Below are positions 47,796-55,778 of a stretch of DNA of 55,778 nt, piece by piece. The DNA is taken from positions 1 through 55,778 of IMG/VR virus record IMGVR_UViG_3300032215_000092. One strand, given 5' to 3'. The notes beneath the pieces were generated by a model that worked only from the letters and a program-made list of their open reading frames with translations, did not search any database and was not told the DNA's origin. Both the position numbers and the translations under genes were made by a program. The DNA is from a virus (lineage: Duplodnaviria; Caudoviricetes). Each line of letters begins with the position of its first letter. Within the stretch, counting starts at the first letter, position 1.

Positions 47796-48062
47796 TCACT
47801 TGTTCTTCTTGACCGTGTGGTCAGAATTTCTTTGGAAGGATCGGTTGTCGCTTGGGCTCACTAAGCGTAGGTTACCCTTTGCATTAGTCCCTCCTTTAGA
47901 GAGGGGCTTGACATGATCAATGTCTTTTCCGGTTCTGTCAACCCCTTCCGCATCCATTTCGCGCCGTGCCCTAGCACGGGCGGCACGTGGGGCTTTCTCG
48001 TCACGCTTCTGCTCCATCTCCCACTCGTGTTTGTAGGGACGGGGCTTCTTGGTGTAGGGCAT
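47796..48062 (-). CDS. HNH endonuclease
   Basis: 'DIDHVKPLSKGGTN...NLRLVSPSDNR'; ATG at 48062. Confidence 0.85.
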   Translation of the reverse strand: MPYTKKPRPYKHEWEMEQKRDEKAPRAARARARREMDAEGVDRTGKDIDHVKPLSKGGTNAKGNLRLVSPSDNRSFQRNSDHTVKKNK

Positions 48063-48063
48063 T

Positions 48064-48744
48064 TTAGTTTCTTCCGTTGTGTGGGCAGATCGCCACTGGG
48101 CAATATTTATGGCAGGTGAAGTTAGGCTTGGGGTTCCACACATCGTTAGCGTAGGCTTCCTTTAGTGGGACGTAGCTATCCCGAGTCTCCTGCATAAGCC
48201 GAGCCACGGAAGATTCTCTATGGTACTTGCGTTTCACCAACTCGTTGGCTACTACGAAGATCAGCGCGGCCTTGATGACCCTGACGCCGGGGAAGTGTGC
48301 GAACGTAGCTAGAGCAAGCAAGTCTAACTGTACGGTGTCCGCGTAGCGGGAAGTCTTTCCCGTCTTGTAGTCAATTACTCTGGAGAGTTCTCCGTTGACT
48401 ACGATCAAATCTGCTATGCCCCGCCACCACACTTCGGGGTCATGGAATGTGCAGGGCGTGCCGTCTTCACGCAACCCCATCTTATACTCTGCGTGCTTGT
48501 CACCCTCGTACGCATCAATATTGTTCATGTACCCCTCCATGTATTTATACTGGGGAGGGATAGGTTTTTTCTTAGTGATGTAGTCTTCGGCGGCTTTGTG
48601 TACGGCACTGCCGTATAGCAACGCTTCAGTCTCTTTGTCCTTGAAGTCCTTCTGAACCTTCAGGTGGTAATACTTTTTGGGGCACTGCTTGAATAGCGAC
48701 ATCCCGCTGTATGACCACGAGATGGGTTTCTCAAGAATCTGCAT
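48064..48744 (-). CDS. PD-(D/E)XK exonuclease (Cas4/RecB-like)
   Basis: 'WSYS...CP', 'G...H', 'RGIADL...IDYKTG', 'QL', C-terminal 'CHKYCPV..C'. Confidence 0.85.
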   Translation of the reverse strand: MQILEKPISWSYSGMSLFKQCPKKYYHLKVQKDFKDKETEALLYGSAVHKAAEDYITKKKPIPPQYKYMEGYMNNIDAYEGDKHAEYKMGLREDGTPCTFHDPEVWWRGIADLIVVNGELSRVIDYKTGKTSRYADTVQLDLLALATFAHFPGVRVIKAALIFVVANELVKRKYHRESSVARLMQETRDSYVPLKEAYANDVWNPKPNFTCHKYCPVAICPHNGRN

Positions 48745-50566
48745 AAGTTGGGCCGCATCCTATTTCGCAATCTACGGGTAATCCATTAGCCCACTTAGGA
48801 ACCCAGCGCATACATTCCTGAACATACGCCATCGCCTCGATAGACTCCTGCTCTGGAACAATTATAGACACTGCATCATGTACTGTCAAGGCCGGACGGT
48901 ACTTCTTAGCGATCCTCAGCATTTGCTCACCCACAATGATCCGGGCAAGGGCTTGAACCACGTTCTCCACCAGCTTACCACCGTAGAGTTTCACGTTCTT
49001 CTCACGCAACGTGCTGTACATCCAGCCATCGTAAGGACTGGATCTGAGGTCGTCGTACTCAATCTTCATGGTGTTGGGCAGGATGACGTACTTGTTCCCT
49101 ACCTCCAGCAAGTCGCCCCTACCGAACGTCCAGCCCGTGGAGGTAGCCATATAATGTATGGCTCTGTCAGCAACTCTCCACAGATTCACAATCTTGGGAT
49201 TGACGCCCCGGTACACTTGAATAATGCGCTCGGCCTCGGCCATGGTGATCTTTGTCTCTTGTTTGAGAGACAACATGTGATGAAACTTGTCGTGCCCCAT
49301 GCCGTACCCGCACCCGAGGATCACGGTCTTACCAAAAAATCTTTGCTCCTTGGTGATTTTGGTGACCGGTGTTTGGTAGATCTTAGATGCCATGATCTTG
49401 TAGACATCCTCGCCGTTAGCGAAGGAGGTCACCAAGTCATTCTGATTAGCCAGCCACGCGAGGGTCCGCGCCTCGATCTGCGAGGAGTCGCACGAGATGA
49501 TGACGTGCCCTGCCGGTGCGCGGAGAGACTTCTTTAGGGCGGAAGCGTTACCCCTACTAGGTAGGTTCTGCATATTAAGTTTGTCAGACCCACCCCATCT
49601 GCCGGTGTGAGCTGCGTAGTATTTAAGAGGGACTGGCAGTAGGCCCCGCTTGCCTATGCCAATGAACCGCTCGGTGCGAGACTCCTCGATAGTCGTCTTG
49701 ACCCCAAGCCGCGCAGCCACCACCGCTTGCACCCGCAGGTCAGGATGCTCAAGAAGATCCTGCAAACCTTGGTCTGTCTTGGCAAAGGCGTAGGTCACCT
49801 TGCCGGTAGTGGGGGATATTTTGGTAGGCGGCACAATACCAAGTAGGCACAGTATCTGTGCAAACTTCGGGTTGCTCATCACGTCCTCAAGGTTTATGTC
49901 GGCGTCCTTGAGTAGCTTCGCCTTGTTCTCCCGCACTTTGATGAGGTGGTCTTCCAGCAACGGCACGTCCACCTCAAGAGTCGGCTCGGTAAACATACGG
50001 ATCGTGAGGTCGATCAGCTTGAGTTCTTTTAGAGGGAACTCCTCAAACGTAAAGTCCTCGTTGGCACGGAAGGTGTACATCCGTGTATATAACCCAGCGG
50101 TAAGATCCACATCGTTTCGGCAGTACGACATGTACCGCTCCATCTCCATATGTGTAAAACTTTTACGTGTTTTACCCAATGCGTTAATTACCTCGTCCCC
50201 TTTTGTACCTATCTTGAACCACGTGGCTAGGTGAGCTAGTCCGACCCTGCACCGCGTCCCCAATAACGCTTGAGCCATCGACATAGTGTCAGCCCAAGCC
50301 TTCGGGTAAATCTCAAAGTGCCACGCCATAATTGCCGCATCAAAAAGCGCATTGTGAGCACAGGCGAGGGAATTCCCCCAATCGAACTGTTGTAGCCAAT
50401 CCTTCGTCTCGGCACGCGTACCAGAGAAGCTCTGCGTTTCCTCATCGTCCACTTTAACCGCCACGCCGATGACTTCAAACCTTGGGTCACGTATGTACTC
50501 CTCAGTAGACATTTTGGAGAGACTGAAGTCTCGGTCGTAGTAGGTTTCAAAATCTATTGTTATCAA
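48731..50566 (-). CDS. polA: DNA polymerase family A with 3'-5' exonuclease
   Basis: Exo 'IDFET', 'HNALFD', 'YCRND'; 'HTGRW', motif A 'DSSQIEAR', motif B 'RFFGKTVILGCGYG', motif C 'VHD'; likely TTG start at 50566 overlapping the upstream TGA. Confidence 0.93.
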   Translation of the reverse strand: MITIDFETYYDRDFSLSKMSTEEYIRDPRFEVIGVAVKVDDEETQSFSGTRAETKDWLQQFDWGNSLACAHNALFDAAIMAWHFEIYPKAWADTMSMAQALLGTRCRVGLAHLATWFKIGTKGDEVINALGKTRKSFTHMEMERYMSYCRNDVDLTAGLYTRMYTFRANEDFTFEEFPLKELKLIDLTIRMFTEPTLEVDVPLLEDHLIKVRENKAKLLKDADINLEDVMSNPKFAQILCLLGIVPPTKISPTTGKVTYAFAKTDQGLQDLLEHPDLRVQAVVAARLGVKTTIEESRTERFIGIGKRGLLPVPLKYYAAHTGRWGGSDKLNMQNLPSRGNASALKKSLRAPAGHVIISCDSSQIEARTLAWLANQNDLVTSFANGEDVYKIMASKIYQTPVTKITKEQRFFGKTVILGCGYGMGHDKFHHMLSLKQETKITMAEAERIIQVYRGVNPKIVNLWRVADRAIHYMATSTGWTFGRGDLLEVGNKYVILPNTMKIEYDDLRSSPYDGWMYSTLREKNVKLYGGKLVENVVQALARIIVGEQMLRIAKKYRPALTVHDAVSIIVPEQESIEAMAYVQECMRWVPKWANGLPVDCEIGCGPTYADS

Positions 50567-50826
50567 GTGTTCTTCTCCCTGAGTTTGGCTTCGATTGCTT
50601 TGGCGTAATCCTCTTCCCATCCAACGCAACTATTAAATCCAATTACTTTGCTAGTAATTGCACTTAACTCCTCATCCGTCAGCCCGACCCACTCGCGTTT
50701 TTGTTCTTTTAACGCAATGTTTTTCTTCATCAACAAGTTAATTGTTTCAATCTGCGAATGCATTGATGCGTGGCACCTCTCCACTTCATATCGCAGGAAG
50801 TCAACTTCGTGTGTGTATTGGTTCAT
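50563..50826 (-). CDS. Hypothetical protein with a WVGLT..E / EAKLREKN C-terminal module
   Basis: ATGA overlap; shares its C-terminus with the neighbour. Confidence 0.65.
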   Translation of the reverse strand: MNQYTHEVDFLRYEVERCHASMHSQIETINLLMKKNIALKEQKREWVGLTDEELSAITSKVIGFNSCVGWEEDYAKAIEAKLREKNT

Positions 50827-51059
50827 GTGTTCTTCTCCTTCAGCCTCGCCTCAAGCGCGGCTATCATGTCTATGACATACGGTCGATTCGCAAGGCTGAT
50901 TTCTTTAGCCTCTTCTTTAGTTAGTCCAACCCACGGTTTCTTTACATGCGCGGCGACAAGGGCCGCAAAGCTATCAAGATATGGGTCAAACCAATTTAAG
51001 TCCCACGATCCGGGAATTTCCGCCTCCCGCGCCATGCGGATGATGTCTTCTTTGTTCAT
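50823..51059 (-). CDS. Hypothetical protein with a WVGLT..E / EARLKEKN C-terminal module
   Basis: 'MNKEDIIRMAREA...FAALVAA' N-terminus; ATGA overlaps. Confidence 0.65.
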   Translation of the reverse strand: MNKEDIIRMAREAEIPGSWDLNWFDPYLDSFAALVAAHVKKPWVGLTKEEAKEISLANRPYVIDMIAALEARLKEKNT

Positions 51060-51202
51060 ATTAGTGCGTCCGGTACGTTAGATATATCCAGCTTTGGTTT
51101 GCGCTGGCGTTTAATTTTCTCAACCACGTGCGGGTATGGCGGGGGATGCCATACCCACCGGATTACCTTGCCTTCATCGTCAAGGATTCCGTATCTCTTC
51201 AT
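51056..51202 (-). CDS. 48-aa hypothetical protein; not in the ORF track
   Basis: Hand-translated MKRYGILDDEGKVIRWVWHPPPYPHVVEKIKRQRKPKLDISNVPDALI; fills the gap with an ATGA overlap. Confidence 0.55.
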   Translation of the reverse strand: MKRYGILDDEGKVIRWVWHPPPYPHVVEKIKRQRKPKLDISNVPDALI

Positions 51203-51542
51203 TCGGATCTACCATAGCTTCAAAAAGCGCCGACTGCACGTTGTATGATAAATCTTCTAGCTGATCATGGCGTAGAACTTCAAACTCCACGTTGCCCCTA
51301 GTTCTTAGACACATTTCATTCTCAGCATCGGCCCATACTTTTTTCCAGCCTTCATTCCAATCGGTCATGTCGTACCAGCCAAGATAAGCCGACACTCCTT
51401 CATCCCTTCCAATCATGTAAAACCGAACCTTGCCGTTTTTGTTTGGTATTCCGTTCATGTGTTTTTCCCTTTCATCTAAACATTTCTGCCAAGTTTCGTT
51501 AACCCAATCCTTCATCTCAGCGCGAGATATTGGCTTGCTCAT
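51180..51542 (-). CDS. Hypothetical protein
   Basis: ATGA overlap with the upstream gene. Confidence 0.55.
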   Translation of the reverse strand: MSKPISRAEMKDWVNETWQKCLDEREKHMNGIPNKNGKVRFYMIGRDEGVSAYLGWYDMTDWNEGWKKVWADAENEMCLRTRGNVEFEVLRHDQLEDLSYNVQSALFEAMVDPNEEIRNP

Positions 51543-51772
51543 GTGTCCACCCACGTTCCGTCAAGCCACTCATCAAGCATTGTGTGAAGCTTCGCTCGTT
51601 GCCGTTCTCCAACCGTCCGACCATCGTCGGTTACAAGGTCACTCGCAACAAATTGTTTAATGTCACCTTGCCCAGAGAATGCAATGTAATTGTCTGTTGT
51701 CTTAATGATAAGTGAACCAATGGGTTTTGATGCACCGTTCACCAATGCGACGCTTTTTTCTTTATTCACCAC
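51539..51772 (-). CDS. Hypothetical protein
   Basis: GGAGG RBS, GTG start, tight packing. Confidence 0.55.
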   Translation of the reverse strand: MVNKEKSVALVNGASKPIGSLIIKTTDNYIAFSGQGDIKQFVASDLVTDDGRTVGERQRAKLHTMLDEWLDGTWVDT

Positions 51773-51993
51773 CCAGCCTCCTTCTGCACTTCTCTAAGTT
51801 TCTGCTTGTAGTGCAAGCATTTGCCCGCGTCGTTAGAATCTTTTAGTCCTTGACGCATGGCGTACTTAATGATGTTGCCTTTTAGGAACCCTATAAATTC
51901 CTCGGTACTCAGCACGGTTTCTATAACATCCCATGGCGGGATGCCCATCTCTTTGTAGTGATCACCATCAATTTGAAAATCATCTGCTTTCAT
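51766..51993 (-). CDS. DUF3310 (SaV-like) protein
   Basis: 'Q.DGDHY...GFLKGNIIKY..R.G.K...D..KC.HY'. Confidence 0.8.
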   Translation of the reverse strand: MKADDFQIDGDHYKEMGIPPWDVIETVLSTEEFIGFLKGNIIKYAMRQGLKDSNDAGKCLHYKQKLREVQKEAGW

Positions 51994-52235
51994 TTTTTAT
52001 CCCTAGACATCTGACCAGCCAAAAACGCTGCTTTGTATGCTCCGTCGTTGGTATTAGCCCGCAGCAATTGTTCTTTGAGGTACTTAATCTCAACCTGAGA
52101 TTGTCTATCTGCCGTATCCCACCCTGCCGTAAACGCATCATGCGCGTGTCCTTCCATCGGATGGTATCCACCCATCGGAATGTTCTGCCCGTGAGTTTCT
52201 GTCCACCATTTGCGCCACGCTTCACCTTTAGTCAC
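51990..52235 (-). CDS. Hypothetical protein
   Basis: GTGA/ATGA overlaps; 'AFTAGW', 'AFLAG'. Confidence 0.55.
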   Translation of the reverse strand: MTKGEAWRKWWTETHGQNIPMGGYHPMEGHAHDAFTAGWDTADRQSQVEIKYLKEQLLRANTNDGAYKAAFLAGQMSRDKK

Positions 52236-52513
52236 GATAATTTTCCTCGTATTAATTTAGTCCAAGACATTGCCCGTAAAGCTTTTACATCTTCAGCGGA
52301 TCGTCGCCCAACAAACTCACCCTGAACCGTTTTGAAAGTAGTTTGTGGGTAAGCGCACCTATTTTGCTCAGCCATCTTGTCCCTGTATTCAGGGGTACAG
52401 TCTTCGCAGTATGAGTGAGCCGGTGATGGGTGAGCCCCCCTCGCAGCTATGACCCATAATTTGAATTCTTTATAGTCGTTGAAACAGCGCGGCGTTTCAG
52501 GTTTTTCTTTCAT
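52232..52513 (-). CDS. Cys-containing hypothetical protein
   Basis: 'PRCF...YCEDCTPEY...RC'. Confidence 0.6.
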   Translation of the reverse strand: MKEKPETPRCFNDYKEFKLWVIAARGAHPSPAHSYCEDCTPEYRDKMAEQNRCAYPQTTFKTVQGEFVGRRSAEDVKALRAMSWTKLIRGKLS

Positions 52514-52734
52514 GAGAACCTGATCTTGCTAATCCAATCATTGACGGGATTTTGCGGAGCAATCTTTTCATACTTCATCACTGCCCCAAGAGACTGCAAT
52601 TCTCCTAAAGTTTTATATTCACCGCCGTAAGTTGCCCAGCATTTATTAAACTTTACATGTGGTGTGTACATGGCATTACCCAAGTAAAAGCATGGTTGTA
52701 GGGTGCGTGCGTATAGGTCTTTTGGTTTGGTCAT
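52510..52734 (-). CDS. Hypothetical protein
   Basis: Operon packing. Confidence 0.5.
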   Translation of the reverse strand: MTKPKDLYARTLQPCFYLGNAMYTPHVKFNKCWATYGGEYKTLGELQSLGAVMKYEKIAPQNPVNDWISKIRFS

Positions 52735-52736
52735 TT

Positions 52737-52958
52737 TTAGGCTCTCGGAACTGGCGATGTTTGGGCTTTGGCGCGAGCGTCCTCAATCCGAATCTCGTCC
52801 CACTGCGCGATCAGGATCGCGGCATGTAGATCAAGAAGTTCGGCAAGCATCTGCTTGACTAGCCCCTCGGCGTGGTAAATACGATTTTCATTGAGCGTAT
52901 CTTTTAGGGCAATCGCCATGTGCTCAATGTTAATCAGGGGTTCACTCCAATCCTTCAA
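52737..52958 (-). CDS. Hypothetical protein
   Basis: GGAG RBS, TTG start, operon packing. Confidence 0.5.
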   Translation of the reverse strand: MKDWSEPLINIEHMAIALKDTLNENRIYHAEGLVKQMLAELLDLHAAILIAQWDEIRIEDARAKAQTSPVPRA

Positions 52959-53235
52959 AGCTACTCTCCAGTTGTTCGCGTAAAACTTTTACGCTGTTCA
53001 CACAAAAAGAAAGGCCACCCGCAGAACGGATGGCCTTCAAGTTTTTCTCCTGTAGTGCGGTAGGCTGGTTGTTGCCAGCCTTGCACTCGATACCTACAAA
53101 GTTCCCATACACACACGCAACTATGTCAGGTACGCCCGAGCGACCGTAGCCGCCCGTGACGGGGAAGAAATAGTATGCGCCTAGTTCATCAAGGTAGGCT
53201 GTTACCTCCTTCTTTACTTTCCCTTCCGGTGTCAA
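52942..53235 (-). CDS. VRR-NUC domain nuclease
   Basis: 'PEGKVK...GVPDI....G.FVGIECKA...TALQ'. Confidence 0.88.
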   Translation of the reverse strand: MTPEGKVKKEVTAYLDELGAYYFFPVTGGYGRSGVPDIVACVYGNFVGIECKAGNNQPTALQEKNLKAIRSAGGLSFCVNSVKVLREQLESSFEGLE

Positions 53236-54175
53236 GCAATTCTCCTAAGTCTTCACCGATGAAGCCATAGCGCGTAAGCCAATCGCAATCAGCCTCGTGC
53301 CGAAACCCCACCATCTTTGCCTCATCCCCTGTGCCCAATTGCAACAGAGCGAGCTTACTTTGTACCACGTCAGGTAGCGCGTCGATACTAGGGAAATCCC
53401 TAATTGTGCGATCAACCTTGTCCGTGGTTCCGGTGCCCCCGGTGAACGTCCGATGGTGTGTGATCATGCGGTACAAGGATTCTCCGCCCGGCGGGAGTTC
53501 TTGAAGAGTTACCCAAAGATCTCTTAGAAGCGCTTGCTCCATGCGCTGATCCTGCACCTTGTCGTACGCGGCAAGGTACTTATGGATCTCTTGTTGATCC
53601 GCGCCCGTAGTCTCGCCGCGCATCATCCTAGACACCATATCGTAGCTACTGTTGTAGTAGAGCCCCTGCATAAACTCAGTCAGAACCAGATCCTCTATCG
53701 GCGCAGACTTGCTTACTATCCTGTTGAAATTAGATTCAGTCGCGTGGGCTTGCGCCTCGGCATACGCCTCAGGAGTTTTGTAGTCCAGAAGTTCTACCAG
53801 CTTTTCCGCCTTGGGCCTAGTGCTTGAGCGCTTAACATCTGAGGGAGACTTCTTGTTCCTGATCCTGCGACTCGACACCTCTGCCTGTAGCGTGTCGCGC
53901 ACCATGCCACTAGGTCTGAACACACCAAACGTACCAATGTGCATACCTGCTTGCATCACCGGAATTGTCTTGTTAGGGCGTACCTCAAAGTAGATCGCGG
54001 GGTCTGTGTACGTCACACGCATGGCGTCGATCAACCAGATCAACGGTTGATGGAAAACCCTGTCGTTCCAGATGTCAGCACCGGCCACCTCTTCGATAAT
54101 CTCTTGAGTCCCTACCTTGCGGAGCGTGGTAAGGGTGAAATAGTGGTGGCGTTTGCCTTTGTGAAGTATGGTCAT
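53189..54175 (-). CDS. Hypothetical protein
   Basis: 328-aa ORF with AGGAG RBS. Confidence 0.65.
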   Translation of the reverse strand: MTILHKGKRHHYFTLTTLRKVGTQEIIEEVAGADIWNDRVFHQPLIWLIDAMRVTYTDPAIYFEVRPNKTIPVMQAGMHIGTFGVFRPSGMVRDTLQAEVSSRRIRNKKSPSDVKRSSTRPKAEKLVELLDYKTPEAYAEAQAHATESNFNRIVSKSAPIEDLVLTEFMQGLYYNSSYDMVSRMMRGETTGADQQEIHKYLAAYDKVQDQRMEQALLRDLWVTLQELPPGGESLYRMITHHRTFTGGTGTTDKVDRTIRDFPSIDALPDVVQSKLALLQLGTGDEAKMVGFRHEADCDWLTRYGFIGEDLGELLDTGRESKEGGNSLP

Positions 54176-54193
54176 GATCTCTATCTCCTAAAA

Positions 54194-55078
54194 TTAAAAT
54201 GCAAACTTACTCAAGATGTCTTCGACTTGTGTACGTACATCGAAGCGTACTGCTTTCGAGTCCCGTAAATCTTTTACAGAAACACCGGCAAGGGCGGCGG
54301 CAAGACCAGCACGGGCTCCCTCCAACTTGGTGTCGTTGGTGATGTTCATACTGTCGAGCGTGTCGATCAACTCGTTAGCCTTCTCGATCATGGAGGCATG
54401 GAACACCTTGCGGTCACCCTCCTCCCCGTCAGTCAGTCGGTCAACCAGATGCTTGAGCACGTCATGCAGTCGTGACCATGCGTCACCCATAGCCGCGCCC
54501 ACCTGCTTGTCATATAGCTGACGGTAGTGCTCGTTGAGTTCGTCACGGATCTGCATCTCACAGTCAACACGAAAGTCGCCCGTCTCCGGCACGGGCCAGA
54601 AGCTGACCTCCATGTAAAACTTTCTCTCAATATGCTCAACCTCTGGGTACTCGTTGCGGTCAAACATACCGCCAAGTTGGAACGCGGCGGCAGACACCAT
54701 GGTTGGGTAGCAGACCACTAGCTCCTTCTTCAGATCGTTGTACTTGGCGATCCAAGAATCAGCCTCTGCCTTGTAGTCGAAGAACCGCTTCATGGGTAGC
54801 AAGCGTGGGCCGGTGTCTGCCCATGGCAGGGTGAGGTGGTAGTGCCGGTTGCGCGTGTTAGCTACAAACTTGTTGATCAGATCAAGCTGATGTGCACCTG
54901 CCAGTAAGTTCTTATGGTAGTTACCGGCACGTCCTTGCGTGTTGTTCTGCTTGTCTACGTCCTCGCTCACTTTGCGGTCTAGCTTGCGAGCGGTCCAGTT
55001 GCCTACGCTGAGGTTGACCAGCATGGCGCTGGATGCGATGGATGGACCGAAGGTTGGGGTCGTGATAGTTGAAGTCAT
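54194..55078 (-). CDS. Conserved phage protein (DUF3150-like), typical neighbour of vWA/MoxR genes
   Basis: 'AMLV.L.V..WTARKLD...TLPW...G.RLLP...EYP...DFR'. Confidence 0.6.
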   Translation of the reverse strand: MTSTITTPTFGPSIASSAMLVNLSVGNWTARKLDRKVSEDVDKQNNTQGRAGNYHKNLLAGAHQLDLINKFVANTRNRHYHLTLPWADTGPRLLPMKRFFDYKAEADSWIAKYNDLKKELVVCYPTMVSAAAFQLGGMFDRNEYPEVEHIERKFYMEVSFWPVPETGDFRVDCEMQIRDELNEHYRQLYDKQVGAAMGDAWSRLHDVLKHLVDRLTDGEEGDRKVFHASMIEKANELIDTLDSMNITNDTKLEGARAGLAAALAGVSVKDLRDSKAVRFDVRTQVEDILSKFAF

Positions 55079-55218
55079 GATGTGCTCTCGTCTGTAAAAG
55101 TTTTACGTAAGATTGATTTAAGTATTGCTGAGTTGCTGTCGTCGTGCCCCGTGACACGGAGCAGAGCCACCTCGTCGATGTACTCTGCCTCGATGCCAGA
55201 CAGGGCAAGTAGTGCCAT
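55075..55218 (-). CDS. Small hypothetical protein; start uncertain
   Basis: Fills the gap, ATGA overlap with the next gene. Confidence 0.4.
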   Translation of the reverse strand: MALLALSGIEAEYIDEVALLRVTGHDDSNSAILKSILRKTFTDESTS

Positions 55219-55241
55219 AAGTTCTTCTCGTGTGTGCTCTC

Positions 55242-55778
55242 CTACATATTCACTGATTGACCGTACGGGGGCTTCCACCCCTTGTTCTGAGTCACTACCC
55301 AGAGTGTTGGCGCGAGACCTGTCCATAAATCTTCCTCACATCGTCCGATATACCCGTCGGTCAGGATGACCACGCACACGGGGTCCATGCGTTCCTTCTT
55401 AATATAGACGGGGATGCAGTCGGGGTCAGTCCCCCCGCCACCCTTGGGCTTGGTCGTGTTGACGATAGACCCGAGCATGTCCTGCGAGTACACCTCGTGC
55501 GAAGCGATCTTGGTATCCCAGTACAGAAGATCGACACACTCAGGCACGACATCCGTACAGATAGCGACAAGCTCAGAGAAGAACTCAGCAAGCTCTGCGC
55601 TACCGATGGACCCGGACGTATCAATACACACGACAATGCGACCAAGAGTGACGGACTCCATGCTAGGCATGATGATGTCGTTGTGTAAGAACCTACGGTT
55701 GGGCTTGCGCCACGTAGACCGATCACGCCCTGCCGCCACTGCCTTGCACCACTGACGGAACACCTCCTTCCAGTCAAC
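55242..55778 (-). CDS. vWA-domain protein (DUF2201-like), 5' truncated by the window
   Basis: MIDAS 'IDTSGSI', 'GGGGTD', 'ILTDGY'; frame is open to the window edge. Confidence 0.85.
   Translation of the reverse strand, partial: VDWKEVFRQWCKAVAAGRDRSTWRKPNRRFLHNDIIMPSMESVTLGRIVVCIDTSGSIGSAELAEFFSELVAICTDVVPECVDLLYWDTKIASHEVYSQDMLGSIVNTTKPKGGGGTDPDCIPVYIKKERMDPVCVVILTDGYIGRCEEDLWTGLAPTLWVVTQNKGWKPPYGQSVNM

Noticed and set aside
48064-48744. Cas4-like gene as part of a CRISPR-Cas system
   Set aside because: No array or other cas genes; its position beside polA is typical of a phage replication exonuclease
48731-50566. PolA as DpoZ or a sign of modified-base DNA
   Set aside because: No purZ, datZ or other base-modification genes are visible
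53230-53235. TTGACA on the - strand as a promoter
   Set aside because: No -10 element at 16-18 bp; it coincides with the TTG start of the VRR-NUC gene
54614-54626. GTAAAACTTTCTC as a seventh palindrome copy; also GTAAAGAAAATCTTTAC near 17979
   Set aside because: Two mismatches or different spacing; compatible with chance

Overview
This window is most of a tailed dsDNA bacteriophage genome (Caudoviricetes) with podovirus-like organisation; no host genes, integrase, tRNA or CRISPR were seen. The + strand (about 0.3-41.4 kb) carries the packaging and virion arm: terminases, portal, GroES co-chaperonin, scaffold, major capsid, adaptors, fibres, an embedded lysis cassette (GH108 endolysin, 3-TM holin), nozzle and large internal/ejection proteins ending in a 2024-aa polyvalent protein. 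The - strand (41.4 kb to the end) carries the convergent replication/early arm: DUF927 primase-helicase, HTH and RHH regulators, SSB-like protein, SNF2 helicase, HNH, PD-(D/E)XK nuclease, PolA, small ORFs, VRR-NUC and a truncated vWA/DUF2201-like gene. Four signals are not explained by the gene list: (1) a dispersed 15-bp palindrome YGTAAAASTTTTACR in six copies, five inside early-arm genes in different reading frames and one upstream of terS; (2) a promoter-driven leader RNA with three interlocking helices that masks the RBS of the gene after the capsid; (3) a short hydrophobic-x-x-GG peptide tag shared by at least seven otherwise unrelated late proteins; (4) a gapless 19 x 20-aa repeat protein next to two small putative fibre subunits, which may be a fibre ruler. 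All product calls come from motif recognition and synteny by eye; no database search was run.
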